Below are positions 51,296 to 62,944 of a stretch of 64,000 nt of DNA, in pieces (position 1 is the first letter of the stretch; each line of letters begins with the position of its first letter). A program made the translations under genes and the position numbers. Origin of the DNA: Chiloscyllium plagiosum (lineage: Eukaryota); contig NC_057751.1 of the NCBI RefSeq assembly GCF_004010195.1, positions 8,236,404-8,300,403 of the forward strand, read 5' to 3'. A model generated the notes under the pieces. It had not been told where the DNA came from. It made no database searches and saw nothing but the letters and a program-made list of their open reading frames with translations.

Positions 51296-51577
51296 TAGAT
51301 TCCCTACAATGCGGAAGCTGGCCTTTGAACCCAGCAAGTCCACAACAACCCTCCAAAGAGCATCCTACCCAGACTCATACCCCCTTCCCTACCCACATTT
51401 CCCATGGCTAACTCACCTAACGTGCATATCTTCCGACTGTGGGAGGAAACCAGAGCACCTGAAGGAAACCCACGCAGACACAGGGAGCACGTGCAAACTC
51501 CACACAGTCGCCCAAGGGGGAATCGAACCAGAGTCCCTGGAGCTGTGAGGCAGCAGTGCTGACCGCTGAGCTACCCC
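51296..51577 (-). mobile_element. HE1-like V-SINE
   Basis: Reverse-complement V-domain and head (GGAATCGAACC...GCTGTGAGGCAGCAGTGCTGACC). Confidence 0.82.
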
Positions 51578-53075
51578 GTGATCAAACTCCATGGGTACAA
51601 CCCAAAGTTGCTCTATCCTCGGGGATACTGTGGCCTTAGTATTGGGATTTGGTCCTGCCCATAGATATATATTCTTTCAGCCAAGAGTGAGATGACTCTG
51701 AGTCTGCTGCATTTCTGTCTCTGCCTTATCAAAACGGATCTGTTGTCTGATTCTCTGGTGTTCCAACAATCTCGTCTATTTTCATGCTCAAATGCGGAAT
51801 GCAGATCCTAGTTCTCTCACCAGTGTAATGCACTTCTCAGTGCATCAACAGCATGTGACTGCAGATGTCACATCTCCATCTTTGCACACTTCTCATATCA
51901 TTTCACAGACGATTTCCGTTGTACGACAATTTGTATTGATCTTTTGGTCAGCAAGTGAATTCAAACAGTGGAAATGTTAATCCTGCTACAACCCTTTAAA
52001 CAGCAAGCTTTAAATCCACTGAGACATTTGACAAGAGATCAATGTTCAACAACTTCACTTTCTGGTTCATGTTCTTCAGCTGCAGGACCGATATACATTG
52101 CTTTGAAGGAGTGAGATGAAGAAAGCTCTTTGATTAGGAGCAGATCAGTAAGTACTGCCTTTCCCTTTCTCATGGCTCTTCCCACACCCCCAAAAACAAT
52201 CAACCATTCAAAATGATCTTTTGGCACCCACTTATTTTGATCCTTGATATTAAAAGAAGTGGATTCTGAGAGGTACGCTCCATCTTTTGCTGATGAATTG
52301 CTGACAAAGCTATAATTCCAACGTGCTCAAAGCAAGGTATCATTAATCAGATTTGGACATGTCCCAGTGAACTGCGTCTCTCTTGGAAAAAAATGCATTT
52401 GCACTCAGAAGGCCCAGATTCATGGAAGGAGTGTTGTTATTTGCACTGTTGTTTTGTATTTGAGAATCTGTATGTGTTGTATTTGGTAGTGGAACCATTA
52501 TCAAGGAATCACAGAAAATAGAAGGCTCATCAGGCTGGAGTTACCTCTTGTAGACAGCAACCCAATTTGCCCAGAACCCCTGGCCTGAACCACACGCACA
52601 GAAGTAGAAAGTATCAAGCACGTGGAAGCAGCCACCTCATACCATCCTGACTTGGAAAGATACAAACGTTGCTTCATGTGTGGTGGACAGTACAGAGGCC
52701 TGAATCACCTGATGGTGAGGGAGCACCTTAAGCAGGAAGAGGGAGGAGACAGCCACACTCCTTCTGAACTCACGCTGGTGTGTATTAGGCAGTGCTCACA
52801 CAAAGAATGACTCCTCTGAAAGACCCCCACACTCACACACTGCCGTGCAATGATCACCAAAGAACCATCAGCCAATGGAAATTAAAGGGTGTAATGACAC
52901 AAGAGAGAACAGAACAGAACAGAAGGTTTCGCTGATTGGACGAGATGAAAAGGTGTGTCAGGGTTCACGCATCCAGCATAAACCAACACTGACTAGTAGG
53001 GCTGAATGCTCCGTTTCTGCTCTTCTGGTTAATTCCTTCATCCTGCAATCTATGGGTACTTAAGAGCACAAGAGT

Positions 53076-53259
53076 CAAGAGTCATAGAGATGTACAACAC
53101 GGAAACAGACCCTTCGTTCCCAACTCGTCCATGCCGACCAGATATCCCAACTTAATCTACTCCCACTTGTCAGCCCATATCCCTCCAAACCCTTCCTATT
53201 TATATAACCATCCAGATGCCTTTTAAATGCTGTAACTGTACCAGCCTCCAGCACTTCCT
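53076..53259 (-). mobile_element. CR1/HER1-like 3' end
   Basis: AGAGTCATAGAGATGTACAACACGGAAACAGACCCTTCG tail. Confidence 0.8.
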
Positions 53260-54352
53260 AAATTTGGTTTCATTTCATCACAGCTCCCTGCTTCAGTTCA
53301 GTCCCAGCACCAGTTCAACCCTGGATGAGTCTGCAAAGGTTGATCCTTCCTGCACTCCTCAATAGAACTGAGTGGCCAAAAATCATGATGTTGCTGGAGG
53401 GGACCAAATAGACCACTGAAGAGGAATAGTAAGCTCAAGGGTCATACCACTTGGCATCAGGATTGATATCTTCAAACACTTCTGTTTGAAAATCAACAGA
53501 TTTTGGGGGATGTATTCTCATTAGAAGAAGAACAGTTGAAAAGATAAGATTGTGTGTTTGGGATATGTCAAGAGGGCACTCAGAATGTGCATTTGGGAAA
53601 GACCTAACGTAGCAATGTTGAAAACAGTAAGTGACCCCAAATTCTTGTCACACTATTAATTAAATCACAGTTACATCTCATGAACAGTGACTTTCATTGC
53701 AAGCACGATTTTCTTCAACCAGAACTACCCTCTGTCTAGTGCTGTTTAAACTTACGGCCACATAAAACAAGCCAGCTTTGGACCTGGGAGACCGGTGCAT
53801 GAGAAAGAGGCCAAAACTAGACTGTGGAGATCAGAGTCATTTTCCGTGGTAGGTAAGGTCTTCTACATCCAGATACATGGGATTTTAAAGAGATATGCCC
53901 ATCTGAGTGCCAGCTCCTGCATGCAGGAGAAAATATTTGAAAGGTTCAGAATTTAGGGAATGAGGTAGTAAGAGGGCAGGAGGAGGCTTGTGCAGAACAT
54001 CAGTACCAGCATGGACCACTTGAACCAAATGGTATCTTACTGCCTTGTATATTATTGCTTTCATTCTCCCATTGGACCTTGGCATTTCTGGCTGGGCCCA
54101 GCATTTATTGCCCATCCCTCGGTGCCCTTGGGAAGATGGTGATGAGCTCTCCTCTTGAACCAATGCAGTCCCGTGTGCTGGGGTAGACCCATAATGCTGT
54201 CAGGGTTGAGCAGGGGTGGGGTGGGGTGGGGGGTGGTTGGCGGGGGGTGGTGGTTCTGCATTTAAATGACCTTGGCAAAACCTGAGAGATGCAAGGAAAA
54301 CTCTCAAGTGTGTTAACCTTGATCTCTTTCTCTGTGGCTGTAACACTCTGCA

Positions 54353-54581
54353 CAGATCATTGTGCTGTAACATGACAATTGCGTTCCTCTGCAACATCAT
54401 GCTACATAAAATCTTGCTACGGAAAAACACTGTAAAAAATCACGCTGTAGAAGACTGTTAATAGAATGTCGCTATACCCACTCAACAGAAAGATCGTGTT
54501 AACCAAACAGCATCTGCAATTTGTCAATTGCGTTATAGCCAATTTGTATTCATGAAACATGTGTTGTACCAGAATGACTTA
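54353..54581. mobile_element. Putative decayed MITE (pogo/Tigger-like)
   Basis: Imperfect terminal inverted repeats CAGATCATTGTGCTGTAACA / TGTTGTACCAGAATGACT. Confidence 0.4.
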
Positions 54582-55381
54582 TAATTCTGCACACTGTTCT
54601 GCTGTCCTGGTGCACTGTGTGTGCAGCAATCTACCTGTAAAGCACGCAAAACAACACTTTTCGCTGTATCTCAGTACACTTTACAAAAAAAGTCAAACTC
54701 AAATTCAAGTGCCAGGCAGGAATAAAACACACAGAAGGCAATTGAAGGCTGTGTGGAAACACAAAACAGATGACAAGATAGCAGGTACTAGTCCCAGGTT
54801 CAATGACAAATAGAAGTAGATATGCAGATGTGCAGAAGGTTGACACATTTGGCCCACTGGGGTCATCTCATCAGCGGCAGCAGAGCAACCTGCTGGACAG
54901 AATCTAACACCCAGGTTCAACTGGCCATCAAGTGAACATTTGGCTTCTCCAGTGCCTGCTGTCACCCAGGACAAGTCATTTGCCCAAGTAAGACAATGGG
55001 TCCTTCGCTTGATGAAAGTAACCAAAATTTTGTATGTTACTGAGGAAGAGGAATTCATGGCACCTCCTCAGGGCCCCCCCAAATTGCTTCCCAGCTGGCA
55101 ATCTATTTTTGTAAGTGTCCTCACTTCTGGCGTATTGGAAAGGTGTCAGACAATGTGCACACAGCGAGCTCCCACTAACAACCATGTGCCAATGACCACC
55201 TCGTCTGACGCTGACTGAGGCGTAGTCTAGAGAGTCAATTGTTGTACTGGATTTTGGGTAGTCTGTCTGTTAATTCTCTTTGCTTCACATGCTAAACGCA
55301 GACTTTGTGCATCATTACACACAGAGACAAAACATCACGTGCTTTTGTATCCCATCCAGCCTCTCAGAAGATTTAACCCTA

Positions 55382-55612
55382 GTGAAATAGCGGCACAGAG
55401 GATGGTACTCGTCATCAAGTCACCCTTTGTTTAAAAGTGCATGGTACATCGGCTCTGACTAACTTGCTCAGAGCCAGTCCCAAGAGTGAGGAGACTCTCT
55501 GAGACTCCTGTTTCTATGTGTCAGCCAGGGCTCCTGAATTGGATCAGGTTAACAACCCCAATCAAGGAATTCAGTGCCCATGAGATCCACCTTGCCCTTG
55601 CTCCAATCACTA
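55382..55612 (-). mobile_element. Roughly 230-bp solo-LTR-like repeat
   Basis: Homologous to 25632-25865 (TGTCAGCCAGGGCTCC, ATGAGATCCACCT). Confidence 0.55.
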
Positions 55613-55858
55613 AGGCAAGTAAGATGTGTTCCAGTAATGCTCCAGTTCTACATCCATCTGCAGCCTGCTTAAATATTTTCTAAGAGTCTAACAACACCAG
55701 GAATATTGTAGACAGAGAAACCTATCTAGTTCTCTATATATAGACGAAACACTGCAAATATTACATTTGCAAAGTCGGGGTCAAAATCAGAGTTGCCATA
55801 CCCTTAATAAGTGGCAGAGGAGAGTTGAAGGGCTGAAGGACATACTCTTGCTTCAAAT

Positions 55859-55983
55859 TCACCAGGGGAAGGAGCAGCACTCCGAAAGCTGGTGATTTCA
55901 AATAAACCTACTGGACTATAACCTGGTGTTGTGTGACTTCTGACTTTGTCCATCTCAGTCCAACGCTGGCAGCTCCACTTCAT
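55859..55983 (+). mobile_element. Family D PLE-like pseudo-LTR with decayed HHR
   Basis: TCAC-CAGGGGA-A-GGAGCAGCACTCC-GAAAG-CTG-GTGA, then GGACTATAACCTGGTGTTGTGTGA as in 40266-40395. Confidence 0.68.
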
Positions 55984-57476
55984 CGAATTCAGTCGACGTT
56001 CTATCCTTCCATTACTAACCGTCAGGAGCAGCAGTTAACATTTTCACGCACTCACTCAAAACGCGAATGCCTCAAGTGTGTGATTGGACGGCCGATCTTG
56101 GGGGGGTCTTGTACCAAGCGAGGCGGGAGCTTCCTTCACTTCCTCAGCCTGCATCTTCAACCAGGCTGCGTGGGACCCCCGTGATCATTTTTCACCTTTG
56201 ATACACTGATGCAACGTTATTGCAGGCAGTGCCTCATTGGAATAGAGCATAACGACTTGACAAGCTCCTGTACATCAAGAGTTGATGCCTCTGAAGGGAC
56301 GCCAACGGATTAAAAAGTAATGCAAAGATGGACAAAGTAAACCTGGTGCACCGGGATATCAGGGCCATAGGTCATTTGTGGATTAAGACAGGTGCTGCAG
56401 TAGGTTGCGAGTGGGTCCAGTTGTAACCAAGATGACTGTGACACAATTAAATGTAAAGAAGTAAAGATTGGCATTCTGAAAGCGCCATGTCAAATCTGAA
56501 CCAACCTTGGAATAAATTCGATTTGTTTTATGCACAGAGCACTGTGTCAATAATTGTTTTGCATGCTAATCAACAAAGGTAATTGTTATAATTCTTTTCT
56601 CAACCAAAAACACTGTGAGCACCATAAATTTGTGGATGAGCACCACACTTTTTACATAAGCAACACATTTATAGGCATAATTTGTTAATTATTGCACAAA
56701 ACTCCACCACAAAGAATTACCATTTAAATTGCACTGAGGATCAAGTGCTAGACAGAATTGAGAATTAAAATTATTCTAAATGCTGAGTTAATATATTCAA
56801 GAAAACTTCAATGCTTTCTGACAAAGCCTGATCGATGTTTATTGCCCCGATTGGAAACATGCTCTTTTCAACAAAAGCAAGCACCTGTTTACACTCAACA
56901 ATTATCATTTTAATCCTTGAGTGTTGCTGACCTCAAGAGTGCTGTCTCTTTCAATGTACCTTGTGTTGGCACTCGAACGTGATTGAAACCCTTGGCTTTA
57001 GGGTCAGATGAGTTCTAATCCAGACCAGAAATTTGAGCTCAGGATTAACACTGACTGTCAAGAGTGTGATGTATTGTTGACGGTGCAATCCTGAGTACAA
57101 GGCTCTTTTGGGTGTTTCAGATGGCTGCTGATTCCATGGAACATCTTTGTCACCTCAGAAGATTAGCACCCAAAAAATTGGTTTAATCGTCTTGTTGCTT
57201 GCGGGTTTTTGCTGAGCATGTTTTCGGAAAGGACAGCAGAGATTACAGTCCATAATGTAATGAAGGGGCTTGGTGAGGTTCCAAAAGCAAGTGGCAAATT
57301 GGCAATATGTGCGAGTCGTTCTTGGGGATTTATTTTATTTATACTACAGAACTTAAATAAGTGCCTCATGAACCCCTCTGCCCTCTGATTTTGTGAACAT
57401 TTTATGTGGGCCTTTAAGATTTGGTTCCTGCCCATCACATCCCTTGGCGCTCTCTTGTTTTAACAAAGCTGAATCT

Positions 57477-57710
57477 TAGAATCATAGAATTCCTACAGTG
57501 CGGAACCAGGCCATTCGGCTCATCAAACCCACACTAACCCCCTCCCCCCTCCCCCCTATAGAGCCCAGCCCTATCCCTGTAACCTTCCACTTCCCCTGGC
57601 TAATCTATCTGTCCTGCACATCCCTGGACACAATGGGCAATTGAGCATCCCTGGATACTATGGGCAATTTAGCATGGCCAATCCATCCAACCTGTACATC
57701 TCTGGACTGA
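57477..57710 (-). mobile_element. HE1-like SINE 3' half with a short internal tandem duplication
   Basis: CATCCCTGGACACAATGGGCAATTGAG / CATCCCTGGATACTATGGGCAATTTAG. Confidence 0.7.
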
Positions 57711-57825
57711 GAGATTAGGATATAAGCTCCAACAGTTGTACCAGCAGTTGAGATCAAAAGAGAAACTAACAATCACTCCTTGATGTTCAATGGTTTTACC
57801 TTCACTAAACCCTTCTGGGGATTAG

Positions 57826-58240
57826 CCTTGACCAGAATACTGGGACTGGAGGGACTGAATTGTAAGGATAGGCTGGGGCTTTGTTCCTTGGGGTGTCGCA
57901 GGTTGAGGTGTGACCTTATCGGGGCTGATAAAATCACGAGGAGCAGAGATAAGTTGAAAAGCCAAGGTCTTTTCCCGAGGGTAGGGGAGTTCAAACCAGA
58001 GGGCATACTTTTAAGTTGAGACGAGAAAGATTTAAAAGGAACCTGAAGGACAACGTTTTCACACAGAGGGTGGTTCGTATGTGGAATCAAGGAAATTTGG
58101 AAGCAGTAGATGCAGGTACAGCTACAACACTAAAAAGGCATATGGGCCAAGTACAGGCAAAAAGAAACTAATTTAGATTGGGAAACCTGGTTGGCATGGA
58201 TGAGTTGGATTGAAGATCTGTTTCTGTGCTGTATGGCTCT
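57826..58240 (+). mobile_element. CR1/HER1-like LINE 3' fragment
   Basis: LTRILGLEGLNCKDRLGLCSLGCRRLRCDLIGADKITR. Confidence 0.78.
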
Positions 58241-58264
58241 GAGAGAAACTGGCCAGCAACTTAA

Positions 58265-58845
58265 AAACTATGGCAACAAGAGCACAAGAAAGGCTAGGAA
58301 TCCTGCACCAAATAACTTACCACCCGACTCCCCAAAGCCTCTCCACCATCTACAAGGCACAAGTCAGGAATGTGAGGGGATACTTCCCACTTACCCTTGG
58401 ATAAATACTGCTCCAACAAGACTTACAAAGTCATCCTTCTTGACTGGCACCTCATCCACCGCATTCAACACTTGCTCCCTCCATCACCAATGTGCAGGGG
58501 AAGGGCTCTGCACTATCTACAAGATTCACTGAAGCAATTCACCAAGACTCCCTCACCAACAACCTTCCACACTTACATGTGCAACCATCAACCATCTACA
58601 TGACAAGGGCATGGGAATACCACTGCCCGCAAGTTCCCTTCCAAGCCCATACCATGCTGACTTGTTCAACCAGTCCTTCATTGGGGAGTGATGCTGGAAT
58701 TCTCTTCCATACCAGCATTTTGGTCTCACACAGAATAACTACAACAGTTCAAGAAGACAGCTCGCCACCATCTTCTCCAGTGCAATTAGGAATGGGGAAC
58801 AAATGCTGTCCCCGTCAGTGATGCCCACAACCTGAGAATTTTTTT
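58265..58845 (+). mobile_element. LINE-like 3' fragment sharing its tail with the second SINE family
   Basis: CACCATCTACAAGGCACAAGTCAGG...TGCAATTAGGAATGGGGAACAAATGCTG; related pieces at 14570-14750, 23195-23540, 54060-54200. Confidence 0.6.
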
Positions 58846-59129
58846 AAAAAAGCCGTGACCATGCTTTCACTTCCCTGAAAAATATTTTTTCCCACAATAT
58901 ACATAATTATAGCAAATGAACTGCAAATTCAATAATGTGCATATTAAATGTAATCCCATTAATTAGATAAGAGTCACTATGTTTTCTGCACAGATTAGGT
59001 TTAAATTGTTGATATTAATAGAAAGTAACCTGGAACAGGAGGAAGAATGTTTCAGCTGTTCCAATTAAGGGAACTCAACAGGTTGAATTGAACATTAGTT
59101 GATGTTTCTGTCTTGATTGCCTGACTAAC

Positions 59130-59815
59130 AATGAGGGGATCTTGGCAGGTACACTGGACAATTAACTTGTTTCATGGGATAAAATAGCCAAGGTTCACTG
59201 TACACCTGTAAGTGGTGCAGAACAGACAGAGGCCTTCATTGTTCAAACCTCCGAATATAGGAATTGGGACATTATGTTGAAGTTGTACAGGATGTTGGTG
59301 AGGCCACTTCTGGAGTACTGTGTCGAGTGCAAATCACCCTTTAATAGGAAAGATATTATTCAGTTGGAGAGGTTCAGAAGAGATTTACCATGATGTTGCC
59401 GGGAATGAAGAGATTGAGCTCTAATGTGAGGTTGTATAGGCTACGACTTTTTTTCACTGGAGCTTAGAGTTTGAGAGATGACCTCAGAGAAGTTTATAAA
59501 ATAATCGGGTATATAGATAAAGTGAATGGCAGGTGCGTTTTCCCTTGGGTGGGAGATTTCAAGATGAGGGGCATATTTTTAAGTTGAGAGGAGAAAGACA
59601 CGAGGGGCAAATTTTCGACAGTGAGTGATTCATGTGTGAAATGAACTTCCAGAGGAAGTGGTAGGTGCAAGTACAATTACAATGTTTAAAAGACATTTGG
59701 ATAAGTACATGAGGGATATGGACCAAGCACTGGTAGGTGGGACAAGTTCATACTGGGATTATAGTTGGCGTGGATCGGTTGGACCAAAGGGTCTGTTTCC
59801 AAGCTGTATAACTTC
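59130..59815 (+). mobile_element. CR1/HER1-like LINE 3' fragment
   Basis: LYRMLVRPLLEYC and EVVGASTITMFKRHLDKYM motifs plus tail. Confidence 0.8.
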
Positions 59816-60280
59816 ATTATTCTCAGTCTGTGCGGGGATCTCAAAGGGCCAAGAAATACACTTTCTTTTAAAATCGCATTTCTGTCGCACCTCCCACAGC
59901 CTCAGAGTATCCCTGAGTGTTTTGAAGACAATTAAGTACATCTGAGGTGTAGTTACTATGGCAATCAAGGAAATTTGGAAGTCAATGTGTGCACAGCTAT
60001 GTCCCACAGCAGCAACATAAGTACCTCTGAGCTAATGTTTTTGGGAATGCTGTTTGGCTGACAAATATTATCCACATCATCATAAAAATCCACCACCTCC
60101 GCTTTGAAACATTACAAGGAGGAACATCTACATCAATGTGTGAAGCCAGAGACCGATTCTAGTTTAATGTCTCATCCAGAAACACTCAAGGACCAATCAC
60201 TGCTCGTGTTGACCCAGTGTCCTTACCCTATATTCATGCGCATATCTTATGTTTCTCAAAATATTCATCTTGGAGCGGCA

Positions 60281-60572
60281 TGATGGCACAGTGGTTAGCA
60301 CTGCTACCTCACAGCGCCAGGGTCCCAAGATCGATTCCAGCCTCGGGACGCTGTCTGTGTGGAGTTTATACATTTTCCTTGTGTCTGTGTCGGTTTCCTC
60401 CCACAGTCCAAAGATGTGTGCAGGTCAGGTAAATTGGCCATGTTAAATTGGCCATAGTGTTCGGTACATTAGGCAGAGGGAAATGGGTCTGGGTGGGTTA
60501 CTCTTCGAAGGGTTGATGTGGACTGATTGGGCCGAAGGGCCTGTTTCCACACTGTAAGGAATCTAATCTAAT
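60281..60572 (+). mobile_element. HE1-like V-SINE
   Basis: TGGCACAGTGGTTAGCACTGCTACCTCACAGCGCCAGGG...GGAATCTAATCTAAT. Confidence 0.87.
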
Positions 60573-60979
60573 GCCTGCAAATGTCGAAAAGATCTTTTGC
60601 ATGCAAGCTTCACGTAAGGGAAGGTCAGAATCTCGGTTCTTTCTGCATTCCCTTTGGCAAAAGGCATTCAGAACTCAGAACCTGCATTATCTTGCTGTTC
60701 CGTCCAAACTGTTCCATCTTTCTGCCCAGCATGCCCTAGGATGAGAGTTGTGCTCATGTCCAGTCAATCACATTGTTAATGTTTGTTCCAATAGTTGTTT
60801 CGGTTAAGACAACCAGCTGCTGGGTTCTGATCAGCTTTTTGCCCATACAAGTACAAAGTGAGAGGCTCTTGTGGCACAGTGGTAGTGTTATAACATCCCT
60901 CAACAGTTTGATTTGAAAATATTGGCATTTGGGCAGCTGGGTCTCTAAGGTTAGGATAAGACCTGTGAGATTTACCTGA

Positions 60980-61690
60980 GGAAAGATGTTCTGGCTGTGG
61001 AGGGAGTGCTACAGATTGATTCCTGGAATAGCAAGACTGACATCTGAAAAGAGATTGGATCGCCGAGGACTATATTCATTGGAGTTCAGAAGAATGAGGA
61101 GGGATCTCATTAAAATCTATAAAATTCTAATCGGGTTCAACAGGATAAACACAGGAAGGATGTTGCCAAGTGCTGGGGAGTCCAGAACAAGGGGTCTCAA
61201 AGATACAAAGTAGACCATTTATGACTGACATGAAGGGAAATGTCTTCAGTCAAACAGGGATGAGCCTGTGGAATTCTCTGCAACTGAAAGCGATTGAGTA
61301 CAATGCACAGAACATTTTCAAGAATGAGTCAAACACACATATAGAGTCACAGAGACATAGACCTGTACAGCATGAACACAGATCCTTGAGTCCAACTCAT
61401 CCATTCTGACCAGATATCCTAAATTAATCTAGTCCCATTTTCCAGCATTTGGACCATACCCCTCTCAGCCATTCCTATCCGTATAATCATCCAGATGCCT
61501 TTTAAATGTTGTAATTGTACCAGCCTACACCACTTCCTCTGGTAGCTCGTTCTGAGGGCTAAAGGGATCAGATAGTATGGGGATAAAGCAGGAACAGGAG
61601 ACAGACAGTTGGATGATCAGCCATGATCATTCTTTTGGTGGGGCAGACTCGAGGGGCCGAATGGCCTATTCCTGTTCCTAGTTTCTGCAT
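60980..61690 (+). mobile_element. CR1-clade LINE 3' fragment with a nested antisense HER1-like tail (61341-61551)
   Basis: GLYSLEFRRMRRDLIKIYKIL; nested TAGAGTCACAGAG tail. Confidence 0.75.
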
Positions 61691-62125
61691 TTCTAAATTT
61701 TGTCCGTGAGGTTGAGGAACTCAAGCTTGGTTTCAATCTCACTCGTCGCTGATTCATTGAACCTTCATCCAGGCACGTTCACTGGAAAAAAGTTCTCAAC
61801 AAAACATTTACCCAAAGAATAAACACACTGACATCCACATTACACCCGAGCACCTGGAAACATTGCAAAAGTGATGTTCATAATGTTTCAGTTTGAAGAA
61901 TATTAACTGCCATGTTGAGAAATGCATTCACACTGCAGTCATCCACCACACCGCAATACTTTCCGAGTTAAGTTCTTTTCTTATCATCTTCATCTAAAGA
62001 AGATTGGGACTGAAAAGAGGAGAACAACTCTTTGGTCATCTTCAAATAGGCTCCATCAGATTGAACATCATCCAAGTCAATGACACAGCAAGACAAGAAC
62101 CTTGGTTTCATGTCTTTAAAAACCA

Positions 62126-62165
62126 GGATTCCTGAAGAAGGGCCTGTGCCCGAAACGTCGAATCT
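62126..62165 (+). ncRNA. Best-formed minimal type I HHR in the window
   Basis: GGATTC-CTGAAGA-A-GGGC-CTGT-GCCC-GAAAC-GTC-GAATCT: 5 WC pairs plus G.U in stem I, 4-bp stem II, GUC triplet ending at 62159. Confidence 0.78.
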
Positions 62166-62255
62166 CCTGTGCCCTGGATGCTGCCTGACCTGCTGTGCTG
62201 TTCCAGCAATAAAGTTTCAACTTTGATCTCCAGCATCTGCAGACCTCACTTTCTC
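62129..62255 (+). mobile_element. 127-bp family A element (HHR, body and tail) with perfect 15-bp TSD
   Basis: TSD CTTTAAAAACCAGGA at 62114-62128 and 62256-62270. Confidence 0.92.
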
Positions 62256-62944
62256 CTTTAAAAACCAGGACCACTGATAATGTTATATCACTTCAGCGGC
62301 ACACTGAAGCATCGGCCTAAGTAATATCATCAGCACCCCAATGTGATGGGTTTCTTTCACAACCTTCAATGAGGATAATAACACCAGCTGGGCCAAGCTG
62401 ACCTTAACAATAATTTAGGCTATAAAATCTAAGCACTCCTGTCAATTTGCAACAAACATTCGCATTCCAGATTAAATTGATGCAGAGCAATGTGCGCGTG
62501 TAATTCAATTTTGGGATCCAGTTAATGAATATAAAACACTAACAGCTCAGTTGGTTCCTATTTATTGAGGTTTTATGAATCCCTCAATCGAATTAATGTT
62601 CTTCAACCCCTTGGTAGACATCCAGGCCCCCACGAAGCTGAAACACATCTACCACTTAACTGAAGCTCATGTTAAAAATTAAACAGAGCTACATCAAGAA
62701 CAATAGCTCAAAGATAACAAGGAATATTTCCATCACTTAATATGGATTTCAAAAGCTTCACATGTGGTGTAGACAGGTAACAAGTTGTGTCGCTGTAACG
62801 AGGCCTTCCTGATTTGTTCAGAATAAAGTATTTCTGAAACGTAGTGACTCCTTGTCGCATGGATAAATGTAGGAACCACTTCAAATGCAAACATCCCACA
62901 CTGACTTGCCAGTTAATGTGGTTTTGATCATTATTTCTGTGGGA

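Noticed and set aside
52087..52154. Acceptor/donor pair (CTGCAG...GATCA/GTAAGT)
   Set aside because: All three frames contain stops; a non-coding exon cannot be supported from sequence alone
331..60572. tRNA-like A/B boxes as tRNA genes
   Set aside because: Each continues into a SINE body and LINE-like tail, so these are SINE heads
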